From a virus: a stretch of DNA of 64,000 bases. The notes under the pieces are model-generated. The model searched no databases, was not told the DNA's origin, and saw only the letters and a program-made list of their open reading frames with translations. The number at the start of each line of letters is the position of its first letter. The first letter of the stretch is position 1. The DNA is taken from IMG/VR virus record IMGVR_UViG_3300050147_000032; one strand, given 5' to 3'. Made by a program: the position numbers and the translations under genes. This document shows, in pieces, positions 26,598-36,020 of the stretch.

Positions 26598-26621
26598 TTT
26601 GATTTTAACCGAAAAGGAAAT

Positions 26622-27263
26622 ATGATGACTAATCTTGTTTTGAATCTGACTAAGCCCAATGAAACTCCTGCTAAGTTGCAGTTGAATCTGAAGAAAGGTG
26701 AATCTTTTGTTGTTAAGCTATCCTGGGATGGCTCGACTGACTTGGATCTACATGCTATCTATTGTGTGAATACTGGTGCCGGAGCGAAGGTCAGTGCTCT
26801 CGAAGACATCTTGTCCACATATAATCTGAAGCGAACAATCCAAGGCCAAGAAGTTGGTACTTTGCCGAAGAATCCAGATGGTTCGTTCGAAATTCGTAAT
26901 GGTGCTTTGAAGCATTCTGCTGATGCTCTTGATGGTACTGCCGTTGGTGATGACGAATGGATTCGAATCGATCCATCGAAGCTGGTCGCATCAATTGGTT
27001 CGAATATCGAAATTCCTCTGATCGCCATGATCCACCCGCAATCTGCTGGTTTGAAGTTTGCTAATGTACAGAATGCGAAGGTCACTATCTTGAATGCAGA
27101 TAACGCAGTTTTGATGACAGCAACTCTTTCTTCGATGTTCGGTGAATTTGTTGGTGTTCAAATGGGATCCATTATCATCGAATCTGATGGGAAGTCTACA
27201 TTTGCTCAAGTTGGTGTCGGGTTCAATCTCGATTTCAATGGCGTTATCGCTAACTTTGCATAA
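26622..27263 (+). CDS. TerD-family stress protein
   Basis: LNLKKGE, LSWDGSTDLDLHA, HSAD...GDDEWIRID; adjacent to terC. Confidence 0.75.
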   Translation: MMTNLVLNLTKPNETPAKLQLNLKKGESFVVKLSWDGSTDLDLHAIYCVNTGAGAKVSALEDILSTYNLKRTIQGQEVGTLPKNPDGSFEIRNGALKHSADALDGTAVGDDEWIRIDPSKLVASIGSNIEIPLIAMIHPQSAGLKFANVQNAKVTILNADNAVLMTATLSSMFGEFVGVQMGSIIIESDGKSTFAQVGVGFNLDFNGVIANFA

Positions 27264-27272
27264 GGAATAATC

Positions 27273-28025
27273 ATGGCTCTGACACTTAATCTCCAAAAAT
27301 CCGAACAAACCTTGAAGCTGTGCCTTCAAAAGAAGGGTATTGCTACTCCACCTCCTGTTGACTTTGCTGTTCTTCTGGATGTATCTGGTTCATTTGAAGA
27401 TGAACATGCAAGCGGTATCACAAATGATCTGATTACTCGTCTTGTTCCATGGGGCATGACTTTTGATCCAGATCGAAAGCTTGATGTAATTACATTCAGT
27501 GATGGACAAGGACATGTCGAAAATGTTGGTTCCATCACCGAAGATAACTATCCTGGTTTTGTCAAGAAGTATGTAATCAACAAGGTTCGTGGCTGGTGCG
27601 GTGGTACAGACTACTCGTATGCTATCGAAGAAGCACTTCGTGTATTTGGTTGGCTATCGAGTGATTCTATCACAGAAAAGGCATCTGGATTCTTTGGTTC
27701 TCTGTTCGGTAAGAAGACTCCAGCAAAGGTAGAAGCACAACGACTTGCTGTTGCTTTCATTATCACAGATGGTCAGAACTATGACCAAACTCGTACTGAA
27801 CAAATCTTCCATGATTCAGAACTGCGTGGTGACAAAGTCTACTTCATGTTCATTGGTGTATCGAACAATCCAACAGAATTCCGTTTTGTTGATCAAATGG
27901 CCGATATGTTTTCGAATGTTGGTATTGTGAAGGTTCCGAACATTCGTAAATTTGTCGAGCAAACTGATGAACAATTGAATGAACAGTTTATCACCGATGA
28001 ATTTGTGAATTGGTTGAAGAATTGA
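27273..28025 (+). CDS. Ter-associated vWA domain protein
   Basis: MIDAS motif LLDVSGSF, GGTDY, FIITDG, FMFIGV. Confidence 0.85.
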   Translation: MALTLNLQKSEQTLKLCLQKKGIATPPPVDFAVLLDVSGSFEDEHASGITNDLITRLVPWGMTFDPDRKLDVITFSDGQGHVENVGSITEDNYPGFVKKYVINKVRGWCGGTDYSYAIEEALRVFGWLSSDSITEKASGFFGSLFGKKTPAKVEAQRLAVAFIITDGQNYDQTRTEQIFHDSELRGDKVYFMFIGVSNNPTEFRFVDQMADMFSNVGIVKVPNIRKFVEQTDEQLNEQFITDEFVNWLKN

Positions 28026-28092
28026 ACTTGACAGAATGATTGATACTTGTTATAATTGATACATGACAAAGATTAATAATTGATTGGTATAA

Positions 28093-28167
28093 CCCGATGG
28101 AGCACTACGGAAGTGCACCCTGCTCATAACGGGGAGGAAATTGGCTCGACACCAATCATCGGGACCA
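28093..28167 (+). tRNA. tRNA with CAU anticodon (elongator Met, or Ile2 after lysidylation)
   Basis: CCCGATG/CATCGGG-A-CCA, CCCTG-CTCATAA-CGGGG; atypical T-loop CTCGACA. Confidence 0.85.
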
Positions 28168-28174
28168 TAAAATT

Positions 28175-28230
28175 TAGGATGATTTCAGCAACCTACTCTT
28201 ACATTGATAAAGTAAAAAAAGGTCATCCTG
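28175..28230 (+). ncRNA. AGGAT/CAGCAA element copy 5, displaying an Ile(GAU)-like anticodon loop
   Basis: AGGATGATTTCAGCAACCTACTC identical to copy 4; TTAC-A-TTGATAA-A-GTAA hairpin; GGTCATCCTG. Confidence 0.75.
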
Positions 28231-28339
28231 CTAAAAGTTGATAGAAGAGTCGAATAAAATCAACGCCTTTCACATTGCTCTTTACGAACTCTTTTATCAA
28301 ATTATTTCTTCTGATTTCTTTCAAACAAAGGACTTTATT

Positions 28340-29743
28340 ATGACTCTCTATGCTGCTATTTCTACTGATCATTCTGGCTCGATGGACAACCGAACCAAGG
28401 CTGCGATGAATGACTTTAATCAAATTTTGAATTCGTTCAAGCAATCCGCGATCGATGATCATCAAGATATTCGTTTGACACACTTGCAGTGCTCGATTGA
28501 ACGAAATGGTAATAACCGTCTTGCCCAGAATGGTAAATCTGTACAATGTGTGCAAGAGTTGACATCCTACTCGTCTCCAGGTTGCTATACCCGACTGTAT
28601 GATTCTGTTGATACTATCATCAATAATCTCCATCAACTTTCTTTGGGAGATCAAAATCCAAAGTTCATTGTAATGGCCATCACAGACGGCGCAGACAATG
28701 CATCTAGTGTTTCGGCAATCAAGCTTGGTCAACGAATCAAGGAACTCCAGGCTACGGATCGTTGGACATTTGTTTTCCGTGTTCCTGTTGGTCATCGACA
28801 CAGTATCGCATCAAAGCTGAACATTCCAGTTGATAACATTCAAGAATGGGAACTGAGTTCTGCTGGTATGGAAAAGAGCTCGACGCAAACCCAAACCGCT
28901 CTGCGTGGTTATACGAAGAGTGTTGCTGCTGGTGCAACGTCTACAGACAAGTTCTATGCAAACTTGGACAACGTGAGTCAGAGTACAGTGAAAGCTGCTC
29001 TTCGTGATATTTCGCAAGAAGTTATGATTCTTCCTGTTTCTGGTGCAGAAGGTATGCAAATTCGTACATTTGTTCAAAATCGTACTGGCAAGACATACAA
29101 GAAGGGAGCAGCTTTCTACCAATTGACTAAGACGGAATCAGCTGTTCAAGATTACAAGAAGATCATCATTCGAGATAAGTCATCGAATGCAATTTATGAA
29201 GGAGCGGCTGCTCGTGATTTGCTTGGTGTTCCACATAATGGTAATATCCGTCTTGCTCCAGGTAAGCATGGTAACTACGATATCTTTATCCAATCAACAT
29301 CCGTAAATCGAAGCCTGGATAAGAACACTCAGGTGATCTATTGGGAAAATTTTAATGTGACGTATGTTGCTCCTATCCCTAACGTTCAGGCTTCACCGGC
29401 ACAATCCCCTGCTCCTGTGAATACATGGCCATTTGCTAATCTCCGTACCAAGAACGTCCAGCCTATTGCTCCGAAGACGCCTACGAAGAAGACAACTAAG
29501 CGTGTGCGCAATCGTAACACTGTTCAGGATCAACTTCGTAAGATTTTGGTTGCCAATTCTCGTAATCATGTTACGGTCAAGAATACAACCAACACCAAGA
29601 ATCTTGCAGATCACCTTGGATTCGATAAGATTGATCTGGTGAATCTTCATGGTACATTTGAATCGACATTCGGTAAGGCTGTGTCGCTGGCGAGTTGGCT
29701 GAAGGCATCGACTGTCGGTGATTTGATGAATTTCTTGAAGTAA
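28340..29743 (+). CDS. vWA domain protein with a C-terminal ACP-like domain
   Basis: STDHSGSM, TRLYDSV, MAITDGADNAS; C-terminus LADHLGFDKIDLVNL...TVGDLMNFL. Confidence 0.8.
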   Translation: MTLYAAISTDHSGSMDNRTKAAMNDFNQILNSFKQSAIDDHQDIRLTHLQCSIERNGNNRLAQNGKSVQCVQELTSYSSPGCYTRLYDSVDTIINNLHQLSLGDQNPKFIVMAITDGADNASSVSAIKLGQRIKELQATDRWTFVFRVPVGHRHSIASKLNIPVDNIQEWELSSAGMEKSSTQTQTALRGYTKSVAAGATSTDKFYANLDNVSQSTVKAALRDISQEVMILPVSGAEGMQIRTFVQNRTGKTYKKGAAFYQLTKTESAVQDYKKIIIRDKSSNAIYEGAAARDLLGVPHNGNIRLAPGKHGNYDIFIQSTSVNRSLDKNTQVIYWENFNVTYVAPIPNVQASPAQSPAPVNTWPFANLRTKNVQPIAPKTPTKKTTKRVRNRNTVQDQLRKILVANSRNHVTVKNTTNTKNLADHLGFDKIDLVNLHGTFESTFGKAVSLASWLKASTVGDLMNFLK

Positions 29744-29826
29744 GAAAACGATGGCTTAGAAAGTGCTTGACATAATCTAAGCCATCGTGTTAGAATAGTG
29801 AACAATAATAAAAACAGGGAGCAGAA

Positions 29827-30507
29827 TTGAGTACACAGTTACAACTACAAAAGATCAGGGAAGTTTTAGTTCTACAAGATAATTTCAACAAGATAGTGAA
29901 TCCGAACTGGCAGACAGCAGGATATCCATTTTATCGAGCTGTTTGGCTTGAACTTGGCGAGTTTGTAGACGGCATTGGAACGTGGAAGTGGTGGAAGAAA
30001 GCTGAGAGAGGTAATCGAGAACAATGTGTCTTGGAACTTGTTGATGTTTTTCACTTTGTTCTATCTGATGCGATTATACACCGAAGAAATGAAGATGTCA
30101 TCCAAGGATGTTACATTAAAGCATTGAAGGCAAAGAACACCAATGCAAAAGACAAAGATGAATATGTATTTGAAGAAGTTGAAACATTCATTGAATTCAT
30201 GTTATCGTCTGTCCGTCAAGGTTCTGGAATTCCGCTAAATTCTTTCTTTGATGTTCTGGTTTCATTTGATGTTACATTGGATGAACTACTTGAAAAGTAT
30301 GTTGGTAAGAACGTTCTGAATAAATTCCGTCAAGACTTTGGTTATAAGTCTGGTGGATATATCAAGAAATGGGATGCCGATAACAACGAAGACAATTTTT
30401 ATCTTGTGAAGTTCCGAGATGAACTAGGTGATTCGTTGACATTTGACCTTTTATACGACAAGCTTCGGGAGAAGTATCAAGAAGTCGTACTAAGCAAGAA
30501 AGGTTGA
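29827..30507 (+). CDS. Dimeric dUTPase/dCTPase
   Basis: ELGEFVD..GTWKWWK, LELVDVFHFVLS, YVGKNVLNKFRQDFGY. Confidence 0.9.
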   Translation: MSTQLQLQKIREVLVLQDNFNKIVNPNWQTAGYPFYRAVWLELGEFVDGIGTWKWWKKAERGNREQCVLELVDVFHFVLSDAIIHRRNEDVIQGCYIKALKAKNTNAKDKDEYVFEEVETFIEFMLSSVRQGSGIPLNSFFDVLVSFDVTLDELLEKYVGKNVLNKFRQDFGYKSGGYIKKWDADNNEDNFYLVKFRDELGDSLTFDLLYDKLREKYQEVVLSKKG

Positions 30508-30509
30508 AC

Positions 30510-30851
30510 ATGACAAGAATCCATACAGATCACAATGGCGTTTATGCTAATGCAATTTCTTCTCTAGCAGATGGAACAAATGTTGAAGGACATCAATATC
30601 ACATTGTAGCCGGAAAAGAAAGAGTTGATTTGAACTTCCAATTTGGAGGTGTTGCAAACAACGGAGTAAACGGAATTACGAACGAAGCACTGCTTGCTAT
30701 CTTGATTCATCGAATGCACTTCTTGAATCGACAATTCTGGTCCAGAGAAAACGAGCGAGTCATAACAAGTCTAGAAGATGCATTAGCTTTCCTGGAAGTT
30801 CGAACAGCCAGACGAATTTCTCGTGGCACTGAAGGTAAAGACGTTCTATGA
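30510..30851 (+). CDS. Tad1/Acb2-like immune signal sponge protein
   Basis: FQFGGVANNGVNGITNEALLAILIHRM...RENERVITSLEDALAFLEVRTARRISRGTEG matches the recalled Tad1-type pattern. Confidence 0.75.
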   Translation: MTRIHTDHNGVYANAISSLADGTNVEGHQYHIVAGKERVDLNFQFGGVANNGVNGITNEALLAILIHRMHFLNRQFWSRENERVITSLEDALAFLEVRTARRISRGTEGKDVL

Positions 30852-31315
30852 CAGCAACAGAATTGTACTTCCAAGATCAGATAGAAAACGAAAAGATTTT
30901 CTATTGGTTGCTAAAATTTGAAGAATACGAAAAAGAAGTAAAACAACTATCTATGAAGATTTTATCGATCACGAAAGAAGACATCGATTCTTATGTTCCG
31001 GAAAATCTCGTATTTGTATACAGAGGATCGTTGGATCCATTTCCTAGATTCTATCTGAAGACAGATGTTGATGCAGGGTATTTCCGAGTTCCAAAATGAA
31101 CATTGACATAAAAGTTATTTCAATTGGCCCACTTCTGTGGCATCCTGTATCGATAGATCTTTGGCGAGAAATTACGATTCAGTTTTATGACTGTTCCGTT
31201 ATGATGATGAATTACAAAGATTCTCCCTTGAAAAGATCTGTAATCGAGCAAGAAATAGGACATCAAATAATGTCTCAATTATTAAATGTAAACCAAGAAA
31301 AGGAAAATAATAAAA

Positions 31316-31969
31316 ATGAAGATCTCAGCACGCACAAAGCAAATTCTTAAGAACTTTGCATCAATTAATCAAAACGTACTTCTTTCGAAGGGTAACAAGA
31401 TTCGTACAATTTCGCCATCGCGTACAGTTTACGCCGAAGCAGAAGTTGAAGAAGAATTTCCATCGGAGTTTGGTATCTATGATCTGAACGAATTCCTGGG
31501 CGTCATTAGTTTATTCACAGACCCAGATGTTCTGTTTGATGATAATGTTCTAACAGTTGTTCAAGGAAAGAATTCTGTTCGATATCTCCCAGCAGATGCA
31601 TCTGTACTGATCGCACCAAAGAAAGCTCTTTCTCTGAAGGAAGAAACAACGAAGTTCGATCTGGAACTCGAAGCTCTGGGCTCTGCTCTGAAGGCAGCAG
31701 CAGTTTTGAAGAGTCCAATCGTTACTTTCCAAGGTAATGGAACATCGATTTCTTTGATTGCACATGATAAGACAAATGTGAACTCGAATAGCTTCTCTGT
31801 TGAAGTTGCAGACAATACGACAGAATTCGAATTCCATGTGAAGACAGAATTCCTCAGCAAGCTGCTTGCTGAAAAGTTCGAAGTGAAGATTCTTGAGAAC
31901 AAGATGCTTGTATTCCAAGGCGATGCAAAGCTCTACATCATTGCAGCAGAGTCTGACTCGACTATCTAA
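31316..31969 (+). CDS. gp45: Sliding clamp (T4 gp45)
   Basis: ILKNFASINQ, AEAEVEEEFPSEFGIYDLNEFL. Confidence 0.93.
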   Translation: MKISARTKQILKNFASINQNVLLSKGNKIRTISPSRTVYAEAEVEEEFPSEFGIYDLNEFLGVISLFTDPDVLFDDNVLTVVQGKNSVRYLPADASVLIAPKKALSLKEETTKFDLELEALGSALKAAAVLKSPIVTFQGNGTSISLIAHDKTNVNSNSFSVEVADNTTEFEFHVKTEFLSKLLAEKFEVKILENKMLVFQGDAKLYIIAAESDSTI

Positions 31970-31983
31970 AAATAATCGAAGAT

Positions 31984-32021
31984 AGACCCGTTAGATTTTA
32001 GGCGATCTAACGGGTCTTTTT
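31984..32021 (+). terminator. Rho-independent terminator
   Basis: AGACCCGTTAGAT/ATCTAACGGGTCT hairpin followed by a T-run. Confidence 0.85.
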
Positions 32022-32085
32022 GCTTTGGACATACAACGACACTAAAGATAGAAAATAATCGACGAGAGACGGTTTAAACAAGGAT

Positions 32086-34683
32086 ATGACAGTAAAAAAC
32101 AACTATTCGATCTATACATCTGTATCCAGAGAAGGAAACAACATCCTTTTCATGGGATACAACAATGAAGGAGCACCAGTAAAGGAAAAGATTCGATTTG
32201 CACCAGAACTTTTCATCGAACGTGCAGGAGGTGAATTTCATACACTGAAAAAGACATCATGCGTTCGTAAAGAATTTGATACGATGAATGATTGTTATGA
32301 TTTTGTAAAAACTCATAAAGATGTCTATAACTTGTACGGATGTTCAGACTTTGTTCGTCAATTCACAGGACGACATTTTCGTGGAGAACTGAAGCCACGC
32401 AATGATTTGATTCAAGTCTGGTTCTTTGACATCGAGACAAAGATTGGCGGAGGAGCTACTGGAGAAATTGACGAAGAAGGAAATGACATTCTTTCTAAAG
32501 GAGGTTTCCCGGATCCAAAATCTGCAGCAGAATCAATTTCTTTGATTACGATGTATAATCGTTCAAAGAAACAGATCACCACATGGGGACTATATGCAAT
32601 TGATGCCCCTGATGTAAATTCTAAACAAACAGAAGAACAGATCCAAGAAGACATCGATTGGATTCGCAGCAAGAATGTCGATTATCGCATGTTCTCTGAT
32701 GAAACATCCATGCTCAAAGATTTTTTGATGTTCGTGAAGACAAACCGTTTAGATATTCTTTCTGGATGGAATTCGGAATTCTTTGACGTCCCATATCTCT
32801 ACAATAGATTGGTGAATCTTCTTGGAGAAGCACTAGCTGCACATCTTTCACCCTGGAAGATTGTCAATGAACATAAAAAGTTCGTAAATGATAAAGAGAA
32901 GTTGACATATGAGATTGTTGGTGTTGGTCATGTTGATTTGCTTGATCTGTATAAGAAGTTCAATCCAGGATCTAAAGAATCTTTCGCACTTGGATTCATT
33001 GCAGATGTTGAACTTGGAGTTACAAAGGTAGAACTGCCAGGGGAAGATTTCAAGGATTCTTATGAGAATTATTGGTCTACATTTGTAAAGTACAACATTG
33101 TAGACGTGCTTCTTTTGGATGATCTTGACAAGAAGAAACAGATTGTTGATCTTTGTATGTCTATTGCATACATGGCAAAGTGTAATTACGAAGATGTCGT
33201 CTCAGCCATGCGTACATGGGAATCTCTGATTTATAATCATTTCTTGGATTTAGATATTGTTGAAGACTGGACTAAGCCTCATTCTAAGAAGTTGCCGTTG
33301 GAAGGAGCATATGTTCATGTTCCTAAGCCAGGAGCATATCGATGGGTTGTTTCTGTAGATGCAACATCAATGTATCCTTCTATCATGATGCAGAATAATC
33401 TTTCCCCAGAAACAATCCAATACAAGATCGACTATACCGTTCAAGATGTATTGGATGGTAAGATTCCAGAATTGAAATCGAATGAAATTCTTTCATGCAA
33501 TGGTCTTGTTACGCGATCTGACATCAGCGGATTTATTCCTATCTTGACGAAGCAAGTTTTCGATGGACGTAAAGAAGCGAAAAACAAGATGTTGGATCTA
33601 AAGAAAATTGTTAAGTCTATTGAAAATGCTCTAGAAAAATCTAGCACAGAATCTGATATTTCTGCATTGAACATGAAGCAAAATGTGCTGAAGGTGTTAG
33701 GTAACAGTCTGTATGGCGTTTGCAGTTTGCAGCACTTCCGTTATTACAATCATTACATTGCAGAAGCAATTACGTTATCTGGACAAGCGTATCTGAAGCT
33801 GACGATGAAGATCATAAACGATGTTTTGAATAAGCTATGTGGAACTGTTGGTAAGGAATATGCTTTCTACGGTGATACAGATTCGATCTTTTTTACTGCT
33901 GATGCGATGGTCAAGAAGATGTGGTCGAACAAGACAGATGATGAAATTGTCGCTGCTCTGGAAAAGTTTGTTATGAAAGTTCTGCAACCAGAAATCAATG
34001 ATAAGCTGTCTGTTTTGACTAAGAAAATGGGAGCTCCGGAAAATTACATGTTCTTCAAGTTGGAAGGTATTTCCAAGAATGCAATCTGGTTAGCTAAGAA
34101 AAGATACATTGCTGCACTTCGTTATAATGAAGGTGTCTGGTATAATCCACCAGAAATGAAGATCATGGGAATGGAAATTGTCCGATCATCTACACCGAAG
34201 TTCATCAAAGAGCAACTTCGTAAAGCTGTTCAGATTTGCATTGATGGCGAAGAATCTGATCTTCAGAAGTTCGTATCTGTTTGTAAGTCTGATTTCATTA
34301 AGAAAGATGTAGAAGATATCAGTTTTCCTCGTGGATGTAATGGACTGGGAGTTTATTCTGATGAAAAGACAATCTATAAATCTGGAACACCAATCCACGT
34401 TCGAGCTGCTCTGATGCACAATCATATTATTCACGAAAAGAATCTATCAACAAAGATTCAAGCAATTGGCGACGGAGATAAGATTAAATTTGTTCATTTG
34501 AAGATGCCGAATCCAATTCACGAGAACATCATTGGATATACATCTAAGCTTCCTGTTGAATTTGGTCTTCACAAATACGTAGACAAGAACATGATGTTTG
34601 AAAAGGGATTTGTCGGACCTCTTGAAGGTGTACTGAAGGCGATTGGATGGACCTCAGAAGAGCAGAATACGTTGGACTTTTGA
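32086..34683 (+). CDS. gp43: Family B DNA polymerase (T4 gp43)
   Basis: Exonuclease FDIET, GWNSEFFD, YNIVD; polymerase DATSMYPS, KVLGNSLYG, YGDTDS, KKRY. Confidence 0.98.
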   Translation: MTVKNNYSIYTSVSREGNNILFMGYNNEGAPVKEKIRFAPELFIERAGGEFHTLKKTSCVRKEFDTMNDCYDFVKTHKDVYNLYGCSDFVRQFTGRHFRGELKPRNDLIQVWFFDIETKIGGGATGEIDEEGNDILSKGGFPDPKSAAESISLITMYNRSKKQITTWGLYAIDAPDVNSKQTEEQIQEDIDWIRSKNVDYRMFSDETSMLKDFLMFVKTNRLDILSGWNSEFFDVPYLYNRLVNLLGEALAAHLSPWKIVNEHKKFVNDKEKLTYEIVGVGHVDLLDLYKKFNPGSKESFALGFIADVELGVTKVELPGEDFKDSYENYWSTFVKYNIVDVLLLDDLDKKKQIVDLCMSIAYMAKCNYEDVVSAMRTWESLIYNHFLDLDIVEDWTKPHSKKLPLEGAYVHVPKPGAYRWVVSVDATSMYPSIMMQNNLSPETIQYKIDYTVQDVLDGKIPELKSNEILSCNGLVTRSDISGFIPILTKQVFDGRKEAKNKMLDLKKIVKSIENALEKSSTESDISALNMKQNVLKVLGNSLYGVCSLQHFRYYNHYIAEAITLSGQAYLKLTMKIINDVLNKLCGTVGKEYAFYGDTDSIFFTADAMVKKMWSNKTDDEIVAALEKFVMKVLQPEINDKLSVLTKKMGAPENYMFFKLEGISKNAIWLAKKRYIAALRYNEGVWYNPPEMKIMGMEIVRSSTPKFIKEQLRKAVQICIDGEESDLQKFVSVCKSDFIKKDVEDISFPRGCNGLGVYSDEKTIYKSGTPIHVRAALMHNHIIHEKNLSTKIQAIGDGDKIKFVHLKMPNPIHENIIGYTSKLPVEFGLHKYVDKNMMFEKGFVGPLEGVLKAIGWTSEEQNTLDF

Positions 34684-34744
34684 TATGACTTGACACCACG
34701 ATCTCTTTGTCGTACAATTGAACCATTGTAATAAGGAGATCGTT

Positions 34745-35149
34745 ATGAAAATGAATCCAACTATCAAGCAACTTTGGTGCGAACATCTTCGATCTGATTG
34801 GTACGATCAGAATTTCCAACGAGATTCTGGTGGATACATTCCGCTTCGTACAGAAGATAACAAGTGGAATGCCTTTGGTGTTCTTTGCAACATTCATGCT
34901 CAAACTTTCCCAGATGTTGCAGTAGATGAAACACGAATTGATGAATATCTTGAATACGAATATATCATTCCAAACGATGTTGCTGCATGGGCTGGCCTCA
35001 AGTCTCATGGTGTTGATGCTAAATACAAATCTGTTCTACCTATCAAAGAAACTGAAATTTTTGGTTTCTTCTACAATTCGATCGAGTCTCTTTTCTTGAA
35101 TGGCATTCCATTCTTCATGATTGCAGACATCATCGATATCAATTTTTAA
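34745..35149 (+). CDS. Hypothetical protein
   Basis: ATG after an AAGGAG RBS. Confidence 0.65.
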   Translation: MKMNPTIKQLWCEHLRSDWYDQNFQRDSGGYIPLRTEDNKWNAFGVLCNIHAQTFPDVAVDETRIDEYLEYEYIIPNDVAAWAGLKSHGVDAKYKSVLPIKETEIFGFFYNSIESLFLNGIPFFMIADIIDINF

Positions 35150-35159
35150 AAGGAAATAA

Positions 35160-36020
35160 ATGATAAAGATCTCTGAGATTTTTGGAGGAACTGGAGGATC
35201 ATCTCCTACTCTGCAAGGAGAAGGCAAGTATGCTGGGGTTCCTTCTATCTTCATTCGAACATTTGGATGCAATCATCGCTGTCCAGGATTCGGTCTTCCT
35301 GCTGGGACGACTGAGAATGAAGAAGTGAAGGAATACATCAAGAACATTCCAATTTACAAGAACATTCTTGAAATGCCAATTGCAAAGACTGGATGTGACA
35401 CCTATATGGCAGTCTATCCAGAATTTAAGAACTTTGCTCCGAAGATGTCAATTGATGAAATCGTTGCAGATGTTGTTGGTCGAGTAAATCCGAATGCATA
35501 CGAACGTCCTCATATCGTCATTACTGGCGGTGAACCTTTGCTTCCAGGTTGGCAGAAAGAATTCCATGATCTCATCATTCGTTTGATGGTGTCGGAGGTT
35601 GGATTTACAGATTTTACATTCGAGACAAATGCAACTCAAGTTCTTAATCATGATATGTATGAATTTGTCAAAGAATTTACTTCTATCGGGACTAATATCC
35701 TTTTCTCGATGTCACCGAAGCTATCTTGTTCCGGAGAAAATCCAGAAGCAGCAATCAAGCCAGATGTGATCAATTCTTACTTTGAAATTGCTAGAAATTC
35801 TTATCTGAAGTTTGTTGTCGGGAATCAAGCTGATGTTGATGAAGTTTTTGACGTTCTAAAGAAAATCAACAATCGAGCAATTCCAGTTTATCTGATGCCA
35901 GTAGGTGGTGCTTCTGTTGAATTGACAGAAAAAGATGTATATGATCTTGCTAGATTGAATGGTTTCCGTTTCAGTCCTCGTTTGCAAGTTTCCATTGCTG
36001 GAAACGGAGCAGGTGTATGA
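35160..36020 (+). CDS. queE: 7-carboxy-7-deazaguanine synthase (radical SAM)
   Basis: LQGEG, IFIRTFGCNHRC...CDT, ITGGEPLL, FETNAT, SPKL, KFVV, FSPRLQ. Confidence 0.92.
   Translation: MIKISEIFGGTGGSSPTLQGEGKYAGVPSIFIRTFGCNHRCPGFGLPAGTTENEEVKEYIKNIPIYKNILEMPIAKTGCDTYMAVYPEFKNFAPKMSIDEIVADVVGRVNPNAYERPHIVITGGEPLLPGWQKEFHDLIIRLMVSEVGFTDFTFETNATQVLNHDMYEFVKEFTSIGTNILFSMSPKLSCSGENPEAAIKPDVINSYFEIARNSYLKFVVGNQADVDEVFDVLKKINNRAIPVYLMPVGGASVELTEKDVYDLARLNGFRFSPRLQVSIAGNGAGV

Noticed and set aside
19166-28230. CRISPR array or simple terminators for the AGGAT/CAGCAA repeats
   Set aside because: Copies are kilobases apart with no repeat-spacer periodicity. They lack a GC-rich hairpin plus U-tract and share a conserved internal bulge.
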